Shown here in pieces: positions 19,641 through 28,950 of a stretch of 64,000 bases of DNA. This DNA comes from a bacterium. Lineage in GTDB: Bacteria; DUMJ01. Each line of letters opens with the position of its first letter. The first letter of the stretch is position 1. The notes below the pieces were generated by a model. That model searched no databases, was not told the origin of the DNA, and saw nothing but the letters and a program-made list of their open reading frames with translations. The stretch is taken from the NCBI GenBank assembly GCA_049970495.1, contig JBMFMV010000001.1, positions 2,604 through 66,603 on the forward strand, given 5' to 3'. Made by a program: the position numbers and the translations under genes.

Positions 19641-20886
19641 GACACTTACAGAGAAGATATTTGAATCACACCTTGGAAGAGAACCAAAAGTAGGAGAGGT
19701 AGTTATAGTAGATATAGATTTTGCTATGGGGCAGGATGGAACATCTCCGCTTGCAATACAGAAGTTTTATGAAATGGGAGGTAAAAGGGTATTAAAGCCA
19801 GATAAGATTGCATTAATAATTGACCATGGAGCTCCAAGCCCAAATGAAGGCTTCTCTAATTTACACAAACTAATGAGAGACTTTGCTTATGAGCAAGGAG
19901 TAAGACTTTTTGATATTGGAAGTGGTATATGTCATCAGCTTGTCCCTGAATATGGATTAGCAGGTCCGTATGACATTATAGTGGGGGCAGATTCACATAC
20001 CTGTACTTATGGTGCAGTGGGGGCATTCTCTACAGGAATAGGTTCTAGCGAACTTGCTGCGGTCATGCTCTCAGGTAAGTTATGGTTTAAGATACCTGCA
20101 TCTATAAGGATAATACTGTCTGGAAAGATTCCAAATGGTGTCTATTCTAAAGATATAGTCCTTTATTTAGCAAAACTTATAGGTGCAGACGGTGCTACTT
20201 ATAAAGCATTAGAGTTTGATGGAGAAGTGGTAGATCAACTGAGTGTTGATGCTAGATTTACTATATCTAATATGGCAGTAGAGGTAGGGGCAAAAGCTGG
20301 TATATTCCCAGTAGACGAAAAGACAAAGGTATGGCTAAAAGAGCATGGTAGAGAAGATGTAAGAGATCTGTCAATAGACCCACAGGCAGACTATGAGTCA
20401 ACTATAGAGATAGATGTAAGTAAGCTAGAGCCTCAGATTGCCTTGCCCCATAGGGTTGATACTGTAGTAAATATCAGTGAACTTGGAGATATTCCTATTC
20501 ATCAGGGATTCATTGGAACCTGTACTAACGGAAGGTTAGAAGATCTAGAGATAGCCGCCAAGATCCTTGAAGGGAAACAGATACATCCAAAGGTTAGGCT
20601 TATAGTAGGTTGTGCATCAAAGAGTATATATCTAGAGGCAATAAGACGAGGTATTATAGAGACCTTAATTAATGCAGGAGCAACAATAATTCCCCCTGGA
20701 TGTGGTCCGTGTGTTGGAACCCATGCTGGTGTCCCTTCCGAGGGGGAAAACGTAATCTCTACTGCCAATAGGAATTTTAAGGGGAGAATGGGAAATAACA
20801 AAGCGTTTATATATCTAGCATCTCCAGCGACTGTTGCTGCTTCTTGTCTCACAGGAAAGATAACTGATCCAAGGAGGTATCTATGA
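19630..20886 (+). CDS. leuC: 3-isopropylmalate dehydratase/homoaconitase large subunit (archaeal-type, ~418 aa)
   Basis: Aconitase-family Cys ligands are present in GTCTNGR and CGPCVG. Confidence 0.8.
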   Translation: MSHKTLTEKIFESHLGREPKVGEVVIVDIDFAMGQDGTSPLAIQKFYEMGGKRVLKPDKIALIIDHGAPSPNEGFSNLHKLMRDFAYEQGVRLFDIGSGICHQLVPEYGLAGPYDIIVGADSHTCTYGAVGAFSTGIGSSELAAVMLSGKLWFKIPASIRIILSGKIPNGVYSKDIVLYLAKLIGADGATYKALEFDGEVVDQLSVDARFTISNMAVEVGAKAGIFPVDEKTKVWLKEHGREDVRDLSIDPQADYESTIEIDVSKLEPQIALPHRVDTVVNISELGDIPIHQGFIGTCTNGRLEDLEIAAKILEGKQIHPKVRLIVGCASKSIYLEAIRRGIIETLINAGATIIPPGCGPCVGTHAGVPSEGENVISTANRNFKGRMGNNKAFIYLASPATVAASCLTGKITDPRRYL

Positions 20887-21383
20887 TTATTCGAGGTTTT
20901 GCCCATAAGTTAGGAGATGATATAAATACTGACTATATAATCTCTGGAAAGTATAAATTTAAGACACTAGATATGAAAGAATTGGCTCAACATATATTTG
21001 AAGATATAGAACCTGATTTTATCAAGAAGATAAAACCAGGAGATATTATAGTTGCAGGAAAGAATTTTGGCTGTGGCTCTAGTAGAGAACAGGCACCTTT
21101 AGTAATTAAAAACGCTGGATTAAGTGCTGTAGTGGCAATCTCATTTGCAAGGATATTCTATAGAAATGCTATAAATAACGGATTACCTCTAGTAGAATGC
21201 GATACATCAAACATAGAGGATGGAGATGAGCTAGAGATAAATTTAGAGGAAGGAGTTGTTAAGGACATAACCAAGGGTTTTCAGATTAAGATAAATCCTC
21301 TTCCTCCATTTATGATGAAGCTATTACAGGATGGTGGACTAGTAGAACACTTTAAAAAATACGGAGGTTTCTCAATTGAGTAA
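20883..21383 (+). CDS. leuD: 3-isopropylmalate dehydratase small subunit
   Basis: 166 aa aconitase swivel domain. Its start overlaps the leuC stop (ATGA). Confidence 0.8.
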   Translation: MIIRGFAHKLGDDINTDYIISGKYKFKTLDMKELAQHIFEDIEPDFIKKIKPGDIIVAGKNFGCGSSREQAPLVIKNAGLSAVVAISFARIFYRNAINNGLPLVECDTSNIEDGDELEINLEEGVVKDITKGFQIKINPLPPFMMKLLQDGGLVEHFKKYGGFSIE

Positions 21384-22392
21384 GTATAGGATTTCACTCA
21401 TAAGAGGAGATGGAACAGGACCTGAGATTATGGAAGCAGTTATGATAGTCCTGAATAATACAGGACTAGACATAGAATGGGAGGAGTGTATTGCAGGTGA
21501 GGAGGCTTTAGAAAAATACGGGACACCAATACCCGAAGAGACTATAGAAAGTATAAAGAGAAATAAGGTTGCTCTAAAGGGTCCAATAACCACTCCTGTT
21601 GGGACAGGTTTCAGGAGTGTAAATGTTGCCCTAAGGCAAGAACTCAAGCTATTTGCCAATGTAAGACCTGTTAAGTCTTTTGAGGGTGTTCCTAGCAGAT
21701 ACGACAATATAGACCTTGTTGTAGTAAGAGAGAATACAGAGGACCTCTACGCGGGTGTAGAACACTATGTAGACGAAGACAAGACTTGTGCAGAAAGTAT
21801 TAGAATCATTACAAAAAAGGCAAGTGAAAGGATTGTCAGATTTGCATTTAATTACGCAAAAGAGAATAATAGGAAAAAGGTAACGGCTGTACACAAGGCA
21901 AATATAATGAAGTTTACTGATGGACTCTTCTTAGATATTGCTAGGGAAGTAGCTAAAGATTTTCCAGATATAGAATTTGAAGATAGGATAGTTGACAATA
22001 TGGCTATGCAGTTGGTAAAAAATCCAGAGAATTTTGATGTAATAGTTACTACTAATCTCTTCGGCGATATACTATCAGATCTCTGCGCTGGTCTTGTTGG
22101 TGGATTAGGACTAGCACCAGGAGCAAATATAGGAGAGGAATATGCGGTCTTTGAGGCTGTTCATGGTTCTGCTCCCAAGTATAAAGGACAGTATAAAGTG
22201 AATCCTACAGCAGTTCTATTAGCTTCCGCTATGATGTTAGGATACCTTGGAGAAAAAGAGTGGGAGAGAAGAATAGTAAAGGCGGTAGCGGAGACTATAA
22301 AAGAAGGTAAGTATGTCACATATGACCTGGGAGGAGATGCCTCCACCATAGAAATGGGCAAAAGGATAGCAGAAAAATTGTTAGAGGTATAA
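21376..22392 (+). CDS. leuB: 3-isopropylmalate/homoisocitrate dehydrogenase of the beta-decarboxylating dehydrogenase family
   Basis: 338 aa. The NLFGDILSD motif is present. Confidence 0.8.
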   Translation: MSKYRISLIRGDGTGPEIMEAVMIVLNNTGLDIEWEECIAGEEALEKYGTPIPEETIESIKRNKVALKGPITTPVGTGFRSVNVALRQELKLFANVRPVKSFEGVPSRYDNIDLVVVRENTEDLYAGVEHYVDEDKTCAESIRIITKKASERIVRFAFNYAKENNRKKVTAVHKANIMKFTDGLFLDIAREVAKDFPDIEFEDRIVDNMAMQLVKNPENFDVIVTTNLFGDILSDLCAGLVGGLGLAPGANIGEEYAVFEAVHGSAPKYKGQYKVNPTAVLLASAMMLGYLGEKEWERRIVKAVAETIKEGKYVTYDLGGDASTIEMGKRIAEKLLEV

Positions 22393-22395
22393 AAT

Positions 22396-24042
22396 ATGTC
22401 TTTAGAGCATTATACTAAGACTGTAAAGGCAATGGATGAATCTATCTTTAAGGCCCTCGCAAGACAGGTCGAGGACCCTAATCGTTTTGACTATGGGGGG
22501 ATAGAAAAACCAAATTTAGGTTTAGCAGACTCAGAGTACGGGATAAATGACTTATTAAGTGTATATTTCTGTCCAGATTCCAAATTCTATCTCTCCGAAG
22601 AATTAAGGAAAAGATTGATCAGGGCTCTCGAATTCTTGATAAGAAATCAGCATGAAGATGGAACAATAGACCTCTACGAAACAAACTTTCATTCTCCACC
22701 AGATACCTCTTTTAGAGTATGGGTCTATGCCCCTTGGGTCGAATATCTAAGAAAAATAGGAATAGAAAAGGACATACTCTTTCTTCTAGAACACTTTCTA
22801 AAAAAGGCTATTCCAGCACTAAAGAGTGGAGGCTTTCATACTCCAAACCATAGATGGGTTCAGGCATCCGCATTAGCAAGATTGGGAACTCTATTTGGAG
22901 ATGATGAGTGTAAGCTTATCGCTAAAGAATATTTAGAGGAAGGGATAGACTGTAATAGAGATGGACTTTTCTATGAAAGAAGTCTAGGTGTTTATAACCC
23001 TATATGTGGTATAGCTATGCTATGGTTAGCTGAGGATTTAAAAATGCCAGAACTTGCAAACTATACTGAAAAGGTCTTAGACTTTGCCACTTACTTTCTA
23101 GAACCAGATGGGACACTCCTAAATACGTTTTCTCTTAGGCAGGATAGGGGCATTAGGATGCCTGCTGATGTTCGTTACTATTATCTGTTCAAGAAGATGG
23201 GCATTTTAAAGGGAAATGGCACATACTTATATGCAAGTGATGTGATTTTTGATGGTAACCTAAATAGATTAGGAGAAGGATTTAATCCCCTACATCTTTT
23301 CTTATTCTACCCTGAATTCAAAGATGAATCTATAGAGAGAAAACCTCTTCCAAGGTCTGGTATATTCTATTTTGAAAACAGTGGAGTAGTCAGGATAAAT
23401 TCAAATAAAAATAGCCTTACGTTTACAAAAGATAGCGATGAATTCTTAACAATAGTTTTTGGTGATGTGGATATAAGATTTCGTTATCTTACATCATTCT
23501 TTGGGAAGGGACCATTTGTTGGTTCATCCTTAGAGAAAGATGCCAATAGCTACAGCTTAAAGCAGAAGATCACTTGGGGTTATACAGACCTTCTTCCAAA
23601 AGAAGAAAGGGGAAAAGAAACCCAATGGAATAAGATGAATCACTCTTTGAGAAGATGGATAAAGATGCAGGAGATCTCTACAGAAATAACATTAAGTCCA
23701 GAAGATTTAGGAAGAGTTAAGCTTTCTATAAAGACAGAAGGATGTGAGAATGTCCTTTCAGCATTAGAGGTGGCATTACCAAAGGATGGGGAGGTAAGTT
23801 TTGAAGGAAAGGCGACAAGATTAAAAGAAGATATATTCCTATTGGAAGAAGGGAAACTTAGATATCAAAAAGAAAATTCGTTCTTCGAGATATCACCAGG
23901 GTCTAAGGCTCATAAATTGGTAGATTATAGGGGAGATAAATATTTAAAGCGTAAGGATAAAATTTATGTATTTATAACATTTCGTTCCCCATTTGAATAT
24001 ACCTTAGACTTCTCTTATGGAGAAATCTTTAAATTTGGCTAG
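22396..24042 (+). CDS. Hypothetical 548-aa protein, possibly an (alpha/alpha)-toroid polysaccharide lyase/heparinase-II/III-like fold. It appears co-transcribed with leuB.
   Basis: Long ORF beginning 3 nt after the leuB stop. There is no signal peptide. The composition is rich in aromatic residues, in the style of carbohydrate-active enzymes. The fold assignment is a guess. Confidence 0.4.
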   Translation: MSLEHYTKTVKAMDESIFKALARQVEDPNRFDYGGIEKPNLGLADSEYGINDLLSVYFCPDSKFYLSEELRKRLIRALEFLIRNQHEDGTIDLYETNFHSPPDTSFRVWVYAPWVEYLRKIGIEKDILFLLEHFLKKAIPALKSGGFHTPNHRWVQASALARLGTLFGDDECKLIAKEYLEEGIDCNRDGLFYERSLGVYNPICGIAMLWLAEDLKMPELANYTEKVLDFATYFLEPDGTLLNTFSLRQDRGIRMPADVRYYYLFKKMGILKGNGTYLYASDVIFDGNLNRLGEGFNPLHLFLFYPEFKDESIERKPLPRSGIFYFENSGVVRINSNKNSLTFTKDSDEFLTIVFGDVDIRFRYLTSFFGKGPFVGSSLEKDANSYSLKQKITWGYTDLLPKEERGKETQWNKMNHSLRRWIKMQEISTEITLSPEDLGRVKLSIKTEGCENVLSALEVALPKDGEVSFEGKATRLKEDIFLLEEGKLRYQKENSFFEISPGSKAHKLVDYRGDKYLKRKDKIYVFITFRSPFEYTLDFSYGEIFKFG

Positions 24043-24066
24043 GGGAAACATTCCCCTAGCCTTTTA
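24037..24066 (+). terminator. Rho-independent terminator of the leu-type operon
   Basis: Perfect 11-bp stem: ggctaggggaa at 24037-24047, loop aca, ttcccctagcc at 24051-24061. A TTTT run follows. The stem includes the TAG stop codon. Confidence 0.7.
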
Positions 24067-24380
24067 TAGACTAACCAGCTGGCACTTGTTCTATTATGAT
24101 TCTACGTGGATAGGAGATAGAAATCTCTTGATAATTGATATTCGTAATTACTCTAAATTTAGTTGATAAAGTGGCATAAATATTGATAATTACTTGTTTA
24201 GAATAGTCTATAACCAAGAGGAACATAGAAACAGGCATTAGACAATAAAATTGGAATCTTATCAACTATCTCTAGTAGCAATCACATAAATATTCAACTG
24301 GAAGCCTCTTTCGTTTGAGTTTGTATAAAATTTTAAGATATGAAGGACCTAAGTCTTATGGATTAGTGACTAGATTTTGG

Positions 24381-24416
24381 TATAAAAAATAAAAGGGGCT
24401 CTTATTGTGAGCCCCT
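24381..24416 (-). terminator. Rho-independent terminator downstream of the pilin gene
   Basis: 8-bp stem aggggctc / gagcccct with a 7-nt loop (24394-24416). On the minus strand it is followed by a TTTTATTTTTTATA tract (24381-24393). Confidence 0.7.
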
Positions 24417-24430
24417 AAGAAAAAAGGAGA

Positions 24431-24895
24431 TTAACGTCCACCAGTAAGCTGTAGGGGAAGAGTCGCTCCTCTAGCACCATAAAGGGTTAAAGTATAAGAA
24501 TTACCATTGGTTTCATATTTGATTACACCAGGTGCAACTGTTGCAGTTGTTCCTAGATAAAAAGTAGGAGAACTTCCTTCCACCTTACTCAAATATTCTT
24601 CCCCATTAAATGGATTTTTAGGCGCTGGTGAGACCAAACCTGCAAGCCCAGTAGATGTATTTGTTATATCGTCCTTAGTATCTGGATACCAAGGGGCTGT
24701 AACCCGGTTTGAAGCATACATCTCTAACCCAGTCTGTATTGCACGGGCGGCGTTCATAACACCAGTCTCCCTCGCCCTATCCTGAGCCCTAAATGTATAG
24801 GGTATTAAAACAGCAGCCAAAATACCTATAACCGCTATAACAATCATAAGCTCAATCAGTGTAAAACCTTCCCTACCTTTCAAAACTTTCCCCAT
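24431..24895 (-). CDS. Type IV pilin / pseudopilin-like protein (prepilin-type N-terminal cleavage and methylation domain)
   Basis: The N-terminus MGKVLKGREGFTLIELMIVIAVIGILAAVLIP carries the class III signal G|FTLIE with Glu at +5. Confidence 0.85.
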   Translation of the reverse strand: MGKVLKGREGFTLIELMIVIAVIGILAAVLIPYTFRAQDRARETGVMNAARAIQTGLEMYASNRVTAPWYPDTKDDITNTSTGLAGLVSPAPKNPFNGEEYLSKVEGSSPTFYLGTTATVAPGVIKYETNGNSYTLTLYGARGATLPLQLTGGR

Positions 24896-24999
24896 AAAAT
24901 TCCTCCTTTCTAATTTCAGTTTTTAAAAGTTTACAACTTATTAATTACCTTGTCAACTAATTGTTAAAACAAATCTAATAATAAAGCAATGACTAGAGG

Positions 25000-25383
25000 T
25001 CATACCTTTAGTTCTCCCTTTATTTCTTCAAAAGCCTTCTTGGCTAATCCCCCTGCTATATGTACACTCTCTTCCTCTTTTGCCTCTTCATGTATCCCCT
25101 TCTCAAGATACTCTAGAGCTTTATCAGGCTCTGCCCTCAGTATATTCCTAACTGTAGTTGTTGCTATCCCAAGCTCTTGTGCTATCTCTTCTGTAGTTTT
25201 ATTAAATATCTCTCTTAAAACAATAACCATCGCAGATTCAAACAGTGATGCCACCCAGGTAAGCTTCTTATATGTAATTATCTTCTTAGGTCCCCCAAGT
25301 ATCTCTACCGCCTTGTTAAACACCTTCATAGATAACTCATCTACAGATGGAACGTTTACACTAGTTGGTGTTACCTCCTTCAT
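25000..25383 (-). CDS. Small 127-aa protein with a predicted helix-turn-helix (TTEEIAQELGIATTTVRNIL), function unknown
   Basis: The ORF lies 4 nt downstream of the KaiC-like gene on the same strand. The HTH-like segment and an acidic C-terminus are visible in the translation. Confidence 0.5.
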   Translation of the reverse strand: MKEVTPTSVNVPSVDELSMKVFNKAVEILGGPKKIITYKKLTWVASLFESAMVIVLREIFNKTTEEIAQELGIATTTVRNILRAEPDKALEYLEKGIHEEAKEEESVHIAGGLAKKAFEEIKGELKV

Positions 25384-25387
25384 AACA

Positions 25388-26260
25388 TCACCTCCTTACA
25401 AGAGTTTCGATAGGACCTATTACTCTTATTACGCCTCGCTCATCTATCTCAATCAGATGTGTCCTTCTATCATGTCCGCACATCCTACAACCATCTATTC
25501 TTAAGGTATGTATTGTATCTCCTAAGGACCTATTATAGAGATTTGCCAATGCTTTACTTGAAAGGACCATCTTAGATAGGACTATCGTACAGTCTAGGAT
25601 ATGAGGGACAGCATATCCACCTGCAGCCTCTGCAGATTCTTCTTCATGACTGCTTCTCTTTTGAGAGATAAATATCGATGTTTGATAGTATCTTTTCATA
25701 ACCTCGTATAACTTTCTTACAATAGTCCTAGCCAGCATCTCTTTCCCTTCATAAAGACCAGTGATGGAGTCAACAATTGTTGATTTTATGTTATTATTCT
25801 CGATAGTCTCACTTATAACTCTATCGAGCTTTACTATATTGTCTCTTAGCTCCGGATATTTTGTCACATCCAAGACAAATATCCTATCTTCTATCTCATC
25901 CCAATCTATTCTCAAAGCCCTAGCCCTTTCTCTTAGGCTTTGGGCAAGGAAGGGCGTAGGTATTTCTACACTTACAAAAAGCACATTGTAACCTCTACTA
26001 GCCTGAGATAATGCAAACTGTTCACCCATAATGGATTTTCCAGTATCAGGAACACCTGTTATGTGTATTACCGCAGAGGAAGGAAATCCACCAAGAGGAA
26101 TCCTCCTTGGTTCATCCACATCATATTCAAAGGTGAAAAATAAATCGTCTAGCCCTGGAACACCAGAAGGAATTCCAAAAAGTTTAGGTATACTTTCTCT
26201 AATCTTGGACAAAGGCAGTGCCTCTGGAATGGTGCTATTAACGGTATCTTTTGCCACCAT
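25388..26260 (-). CDS. KaiC/RadA-like RecA-superfamily ATPase, single domain, 290 aa
   Basis: The Walker A motif is GVPDTGKS. The Walker B motif is hydrophobic followed by D (STIVDSITG). The overall KaiC/GvpD/ArlH-like layout is seen. Confidence 0.7.
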   Translation of the reverse strand: MVAKDTVNSTIPEALPLSKIRESIPKLFGIPSGVPGLDDLFFTFEYDVDEPRRIPLGGFPSSAVIHITGVPDTGKSIMGEQFALSQASRGYNVLFVSVEIPTPFLAQSLRERARALRIDWDEIEDRIFVLDVTKYPELRDNIVKLDRVISETIENNNIKSTIVDSITGLYEGKEMLARTIVRKLYEVMKRYYQTSIFISQKRSSHEEESAEAAGGYAVPHILDCTIVLSKMVLSSKALANLYNRSLGDTIHTLRIDGCRMCGHDRRTHLIEIDERGVIRVIGPIETLVRR

Positions 26261-26386
26261 AATCCATCACCTCCTCTTGGCAGTTAGAATTTAAAATATA
26301 AATTAGAACAACTTTCTAGTATATATTATACCAAAAATTGCAAGACTGTGGTAAAATAAAGGATAAAATTAGAAAGGAGATGAAGG

Positions 26387-27157
26387 ATGGCAAGACCTAC
26401 ATCTAGGGAGAGAAGAGAAAAGATCTTAGAATTACTTATAGAGAATAATAGTGTTAGAGTTTCTACCCTTTGTAAACTCTTTAATGTCAGTAGAGAAACT
26501 ATAAGGCACGACCTCTTTAAACTTCAGGAAGAGGGCTTAATTATAAAAGAGCATGGTTCAGCAACATTAAATAGAGAGTCTATATTAGATATAGACTTTG
26601 CTAAAAGGGCTAGAGAACATGTGGTTCAGAAGAGAAAGATAGGGATAGAAGCGGCAAAGCTTATAAAAGATGAAGAGACAGTAATCATCGATTCTGGAAG
26701 CACCACTCCACATATAGCAAGAAATATAAGAGATATAAAAAACCTTACAGTTATTACTCCATCCCTAAGGGTTACTGCAGAGTTGGGCGGTAAGGAAGGA
26801 ATAACTGTAATAATGCCGGGTGGAATATTTAACCCTATAGGATATTCTCTCTATGGACCACAGACAGAAGAATTCTTTACAAAGATAAATGCAAGTAAAT
26901 TCTTCCTAGCTATTCATGGTGTAGATGTAGAAAAAGGACTTACCGAGATAAACATACAGATAGCTCATCTAAAACAGGTAATGTTAAATAGTGCTAGAGA
27001 AGTAATACTAGTTGCTGATTCTAGTAAATTTGGAAGAGTAGAGTATGCAAGTGTTGCTCCATTAGAAAGGGTTAATACAATAATTACCGATAAGGATTTA
27101 GATGAAAAGATAGCGGAAGAGATTAGAAAGTTAGGAATAAATCTCATATTGGTGTGA
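26387..27157 (+). CDS. DeoR/GlpR-family transcriptional regulator
   Basis: The N-terminal HTH is RVSTLCKLFNVSRETIRHDL. The C-terminal DeoR sugar-binding domain is present (IIDSGSTT). Confidence 0.8.
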   Translation: MARPTSRERREKILELLIENNSVRVSTLCKLFNVSRETIRHDLFKLQEEGLIIKEHGSATLNRESILDIDFAKRAREHVVQKRKIGIEAAKLIKDEETVIIDSGSTTPHIARNIRDIKNLTVITPSLRVTAELGGKEGITVIMPGGIFNPIGYSLYGPQTEEFFTKINASKFFLAIHGVDVEKGLTEINIQIAHLKQVMLNSAREVILVADSSKFGRVEYASVAPLERVNTIITDKDLDEKIAEEIRKLGINLILV

Positions 27158-27165
27158 GGTGAAGA

Positions 27166-28950
27166 ATGAAAGAGAGGTTACCTTGGTTAGGGGTGTCTCT
27201 TATAATCTTTCTCCTTGTTACATCTTCGGCTTATGCAAAGAGCTATTGGCTTCCACAGGTAGATTGTAGAATAGATGTTATTGAGGATGGAAGTCTCAAA
27301 TGGGACTACTCCCTCAGATTCTCTTTTAAGGGCAAATTTTCATATGCCTATATTGACATACCTACTAAAGGGGTAATAGTAGGAGAGATCTCTGCAACTG
27401 AACCATTTACTATTGAGTCTAAAAATGACGCCATTAGGGTAAAGTGGAACTTCTCTGCAGAGAATGAGGACAAGATACTCAAGTTATCATACAAGATGAA
27501 AAAGGCTCTCAAGGTCTATAACGATATTGCAGAACTTTACTGGAAGGTCTGGCCCGAAGGTTGGGATGTAAAGGTAAGAAAACTAACAGTAAAAGTCTTT
27601 CTACCCAAGCCTGCCCTATCTAAAAGCCTATTATACGTATGGGGACATCCAAGACTGCCAGGAAGGGTAGATATCTTAGATACACTTAATGGCTTTTCCC
27701 TCGAGACCGAAGATATCCCTCCTCATCAGTGGGTTGAAATTAGGGCTCTCTTTCCAACAACGATTTTATCATTTTACGATGGGGCTAATAGGATCAATAG
27801 GAATATGCTAGAGAGTATCCTTAAAGAGGAAGAACGCTTTACAAAGGAAACAGAGAGAGAAAATCTCTACCTTTCAATTGCTATTATTGGTGCCTTAGGC
27901 ATTTTCCTCTCGATGATTGTAATTTTGGTATATCTCTACTTTATATACGGTAGAGAACCGAGGGTTAATTATCAAGCTATCTATGAGAGAGAAATTCCAT
28001 ATGATTATCCACCAGCTGTTGTAGGAGCTCTTATGGACTTAAGATCAATGTCCCCAGATCCAAAGGATTTTACAGCAACTCTGCTAGACCTTGTCCATAA
28101 GGGATATATAGATATGACCCCCGTGGGAGATGACTATCTACTTTCATTGAGAAGAGATAAAGATAGAAGTAAGTTAGAACCTTTTGAGATATACGTACTG
28201 GATTTTCTAGAGGGAATAACCTGGAAGGAAGAAGGTTTTTTATTCTCTGTCCTAAAGAGATATATAGAGCAAGACCCACTAAGATTCCAGAAGGTATATA
28301 AACAATGGGAAAATTCGGTAAAGAGTAAAGTCCAAGAGTTTGGATTCTTTGATAATAGAGGCTTTAGATTAGCTAACAAGATATCTACTTTATTTTTCGT
28401 CATGGGGTTATCTTTCTTAATACTCTATACAGTTCTTTTCAAAACTGGAAGGGCTTATTCTGTAGTTTGGAATCTCCTTATTGGAGCTAGTATTGGGCTA
28501 ATTATAAGTGGAATCCTAGGCGTTGTTATAACCATCGTCTTTAAGCCGGGGTTCAATAAGAGAACAGAAGTGGGAGCCTTACACTATAAAAGATGGGACA
28601 ATCTAAAGAGATTTCTGACTGATTTTAGTCAGCTAAAAAATATGCCCCCAGAGTCTATAATACTCTGGGAGAAGTATCTTATATATGGGATCTCTCTAGG
28701 AGTTGCAGATAAAGTTGCAAAGAGTATGAAGATACTTATGCCAGAAGTTTCAGAAGATATTAGTAGATCTCCAATACTACATTCATACGTTAGAGGAGCA
28801 GGGATTACATCTTTTGCTGGCATGCTAAATAGCTTCTCCTCCACAGTTCGTTCCGCCGCCTATTACTCTCCTTCCTCCGGTGGAGGTGGCGGATTCTCTG
28901 GTGGCGGAGGTGGTGGAGGTGGCGGTGGAGGTGGTGGAGGTGCAGGATAG
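27166..28950 (+). CDS. DUF2207-family membrane protein with a C-terminal Gly-rich tail
   Basis: Signal peptide, then an extracellular domain, then several TM helices, and a terminal SSGGGGGFSGGGGGGGGGGGGGGAG tail. Confidence 0.7.
   Translation: MKERLPWLGVSLIIFLLVTSSAYAKSYWLPQVDCRIDVIEDGSLKWDYSLRFSFKGKFSYAYIDIPTKGVIVGEISATEPFTIESKNDAIRVKWNFSAENEDKILKLSYKMKKALKVYNDIAELYWKVWPEGWDVKVRKLTVKVFLPKPALSKSLLYVWGHPRLPGRVDILDTLNGFSLETEDIPPHQWVEIRALFPTTILSFYDGANRINRNMLESILKEEERFTKETERENLYLSIAIIGALGIFLSMIVILVYLYFIYGREPRVNYQAIYEREIPYDYPPAVVGALMDLRSMSPDPKDFTATLLDLVHKGYIDMTPVGDDYLLSLRRDKDRSKLEPFEIYVLDFLEGITWKEEGFLFSVLKRYIEQDPLRFQKVYKQWENSVKSKVQEFGFFDNRGFRLANKISTLFFVMGLSFLILYTVLFKTGRAYSVVWNLLIGASIGLIISGILGVVITIVFKPGFNKRTEVGALHYKRWDNLKRFLTDFSQLKNMPPESIILWEKYLIYGISLGVADKVAKSMKILMPEVSEDISRSPILHSYVRGAGITSFAGMLNSFSSTVRSAAYYSPSSGGGGGFSGGGGGGGGGGGGGGAG
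28869..28950 (+). repeat. GGN trinucleotide low-complexity repeat encoding the poly-Gly tail
   Basis: The run ggtggaggtggcgg...ggtggtggaggtgcagga is directly visible in the sequence. Confidence 0.8.
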
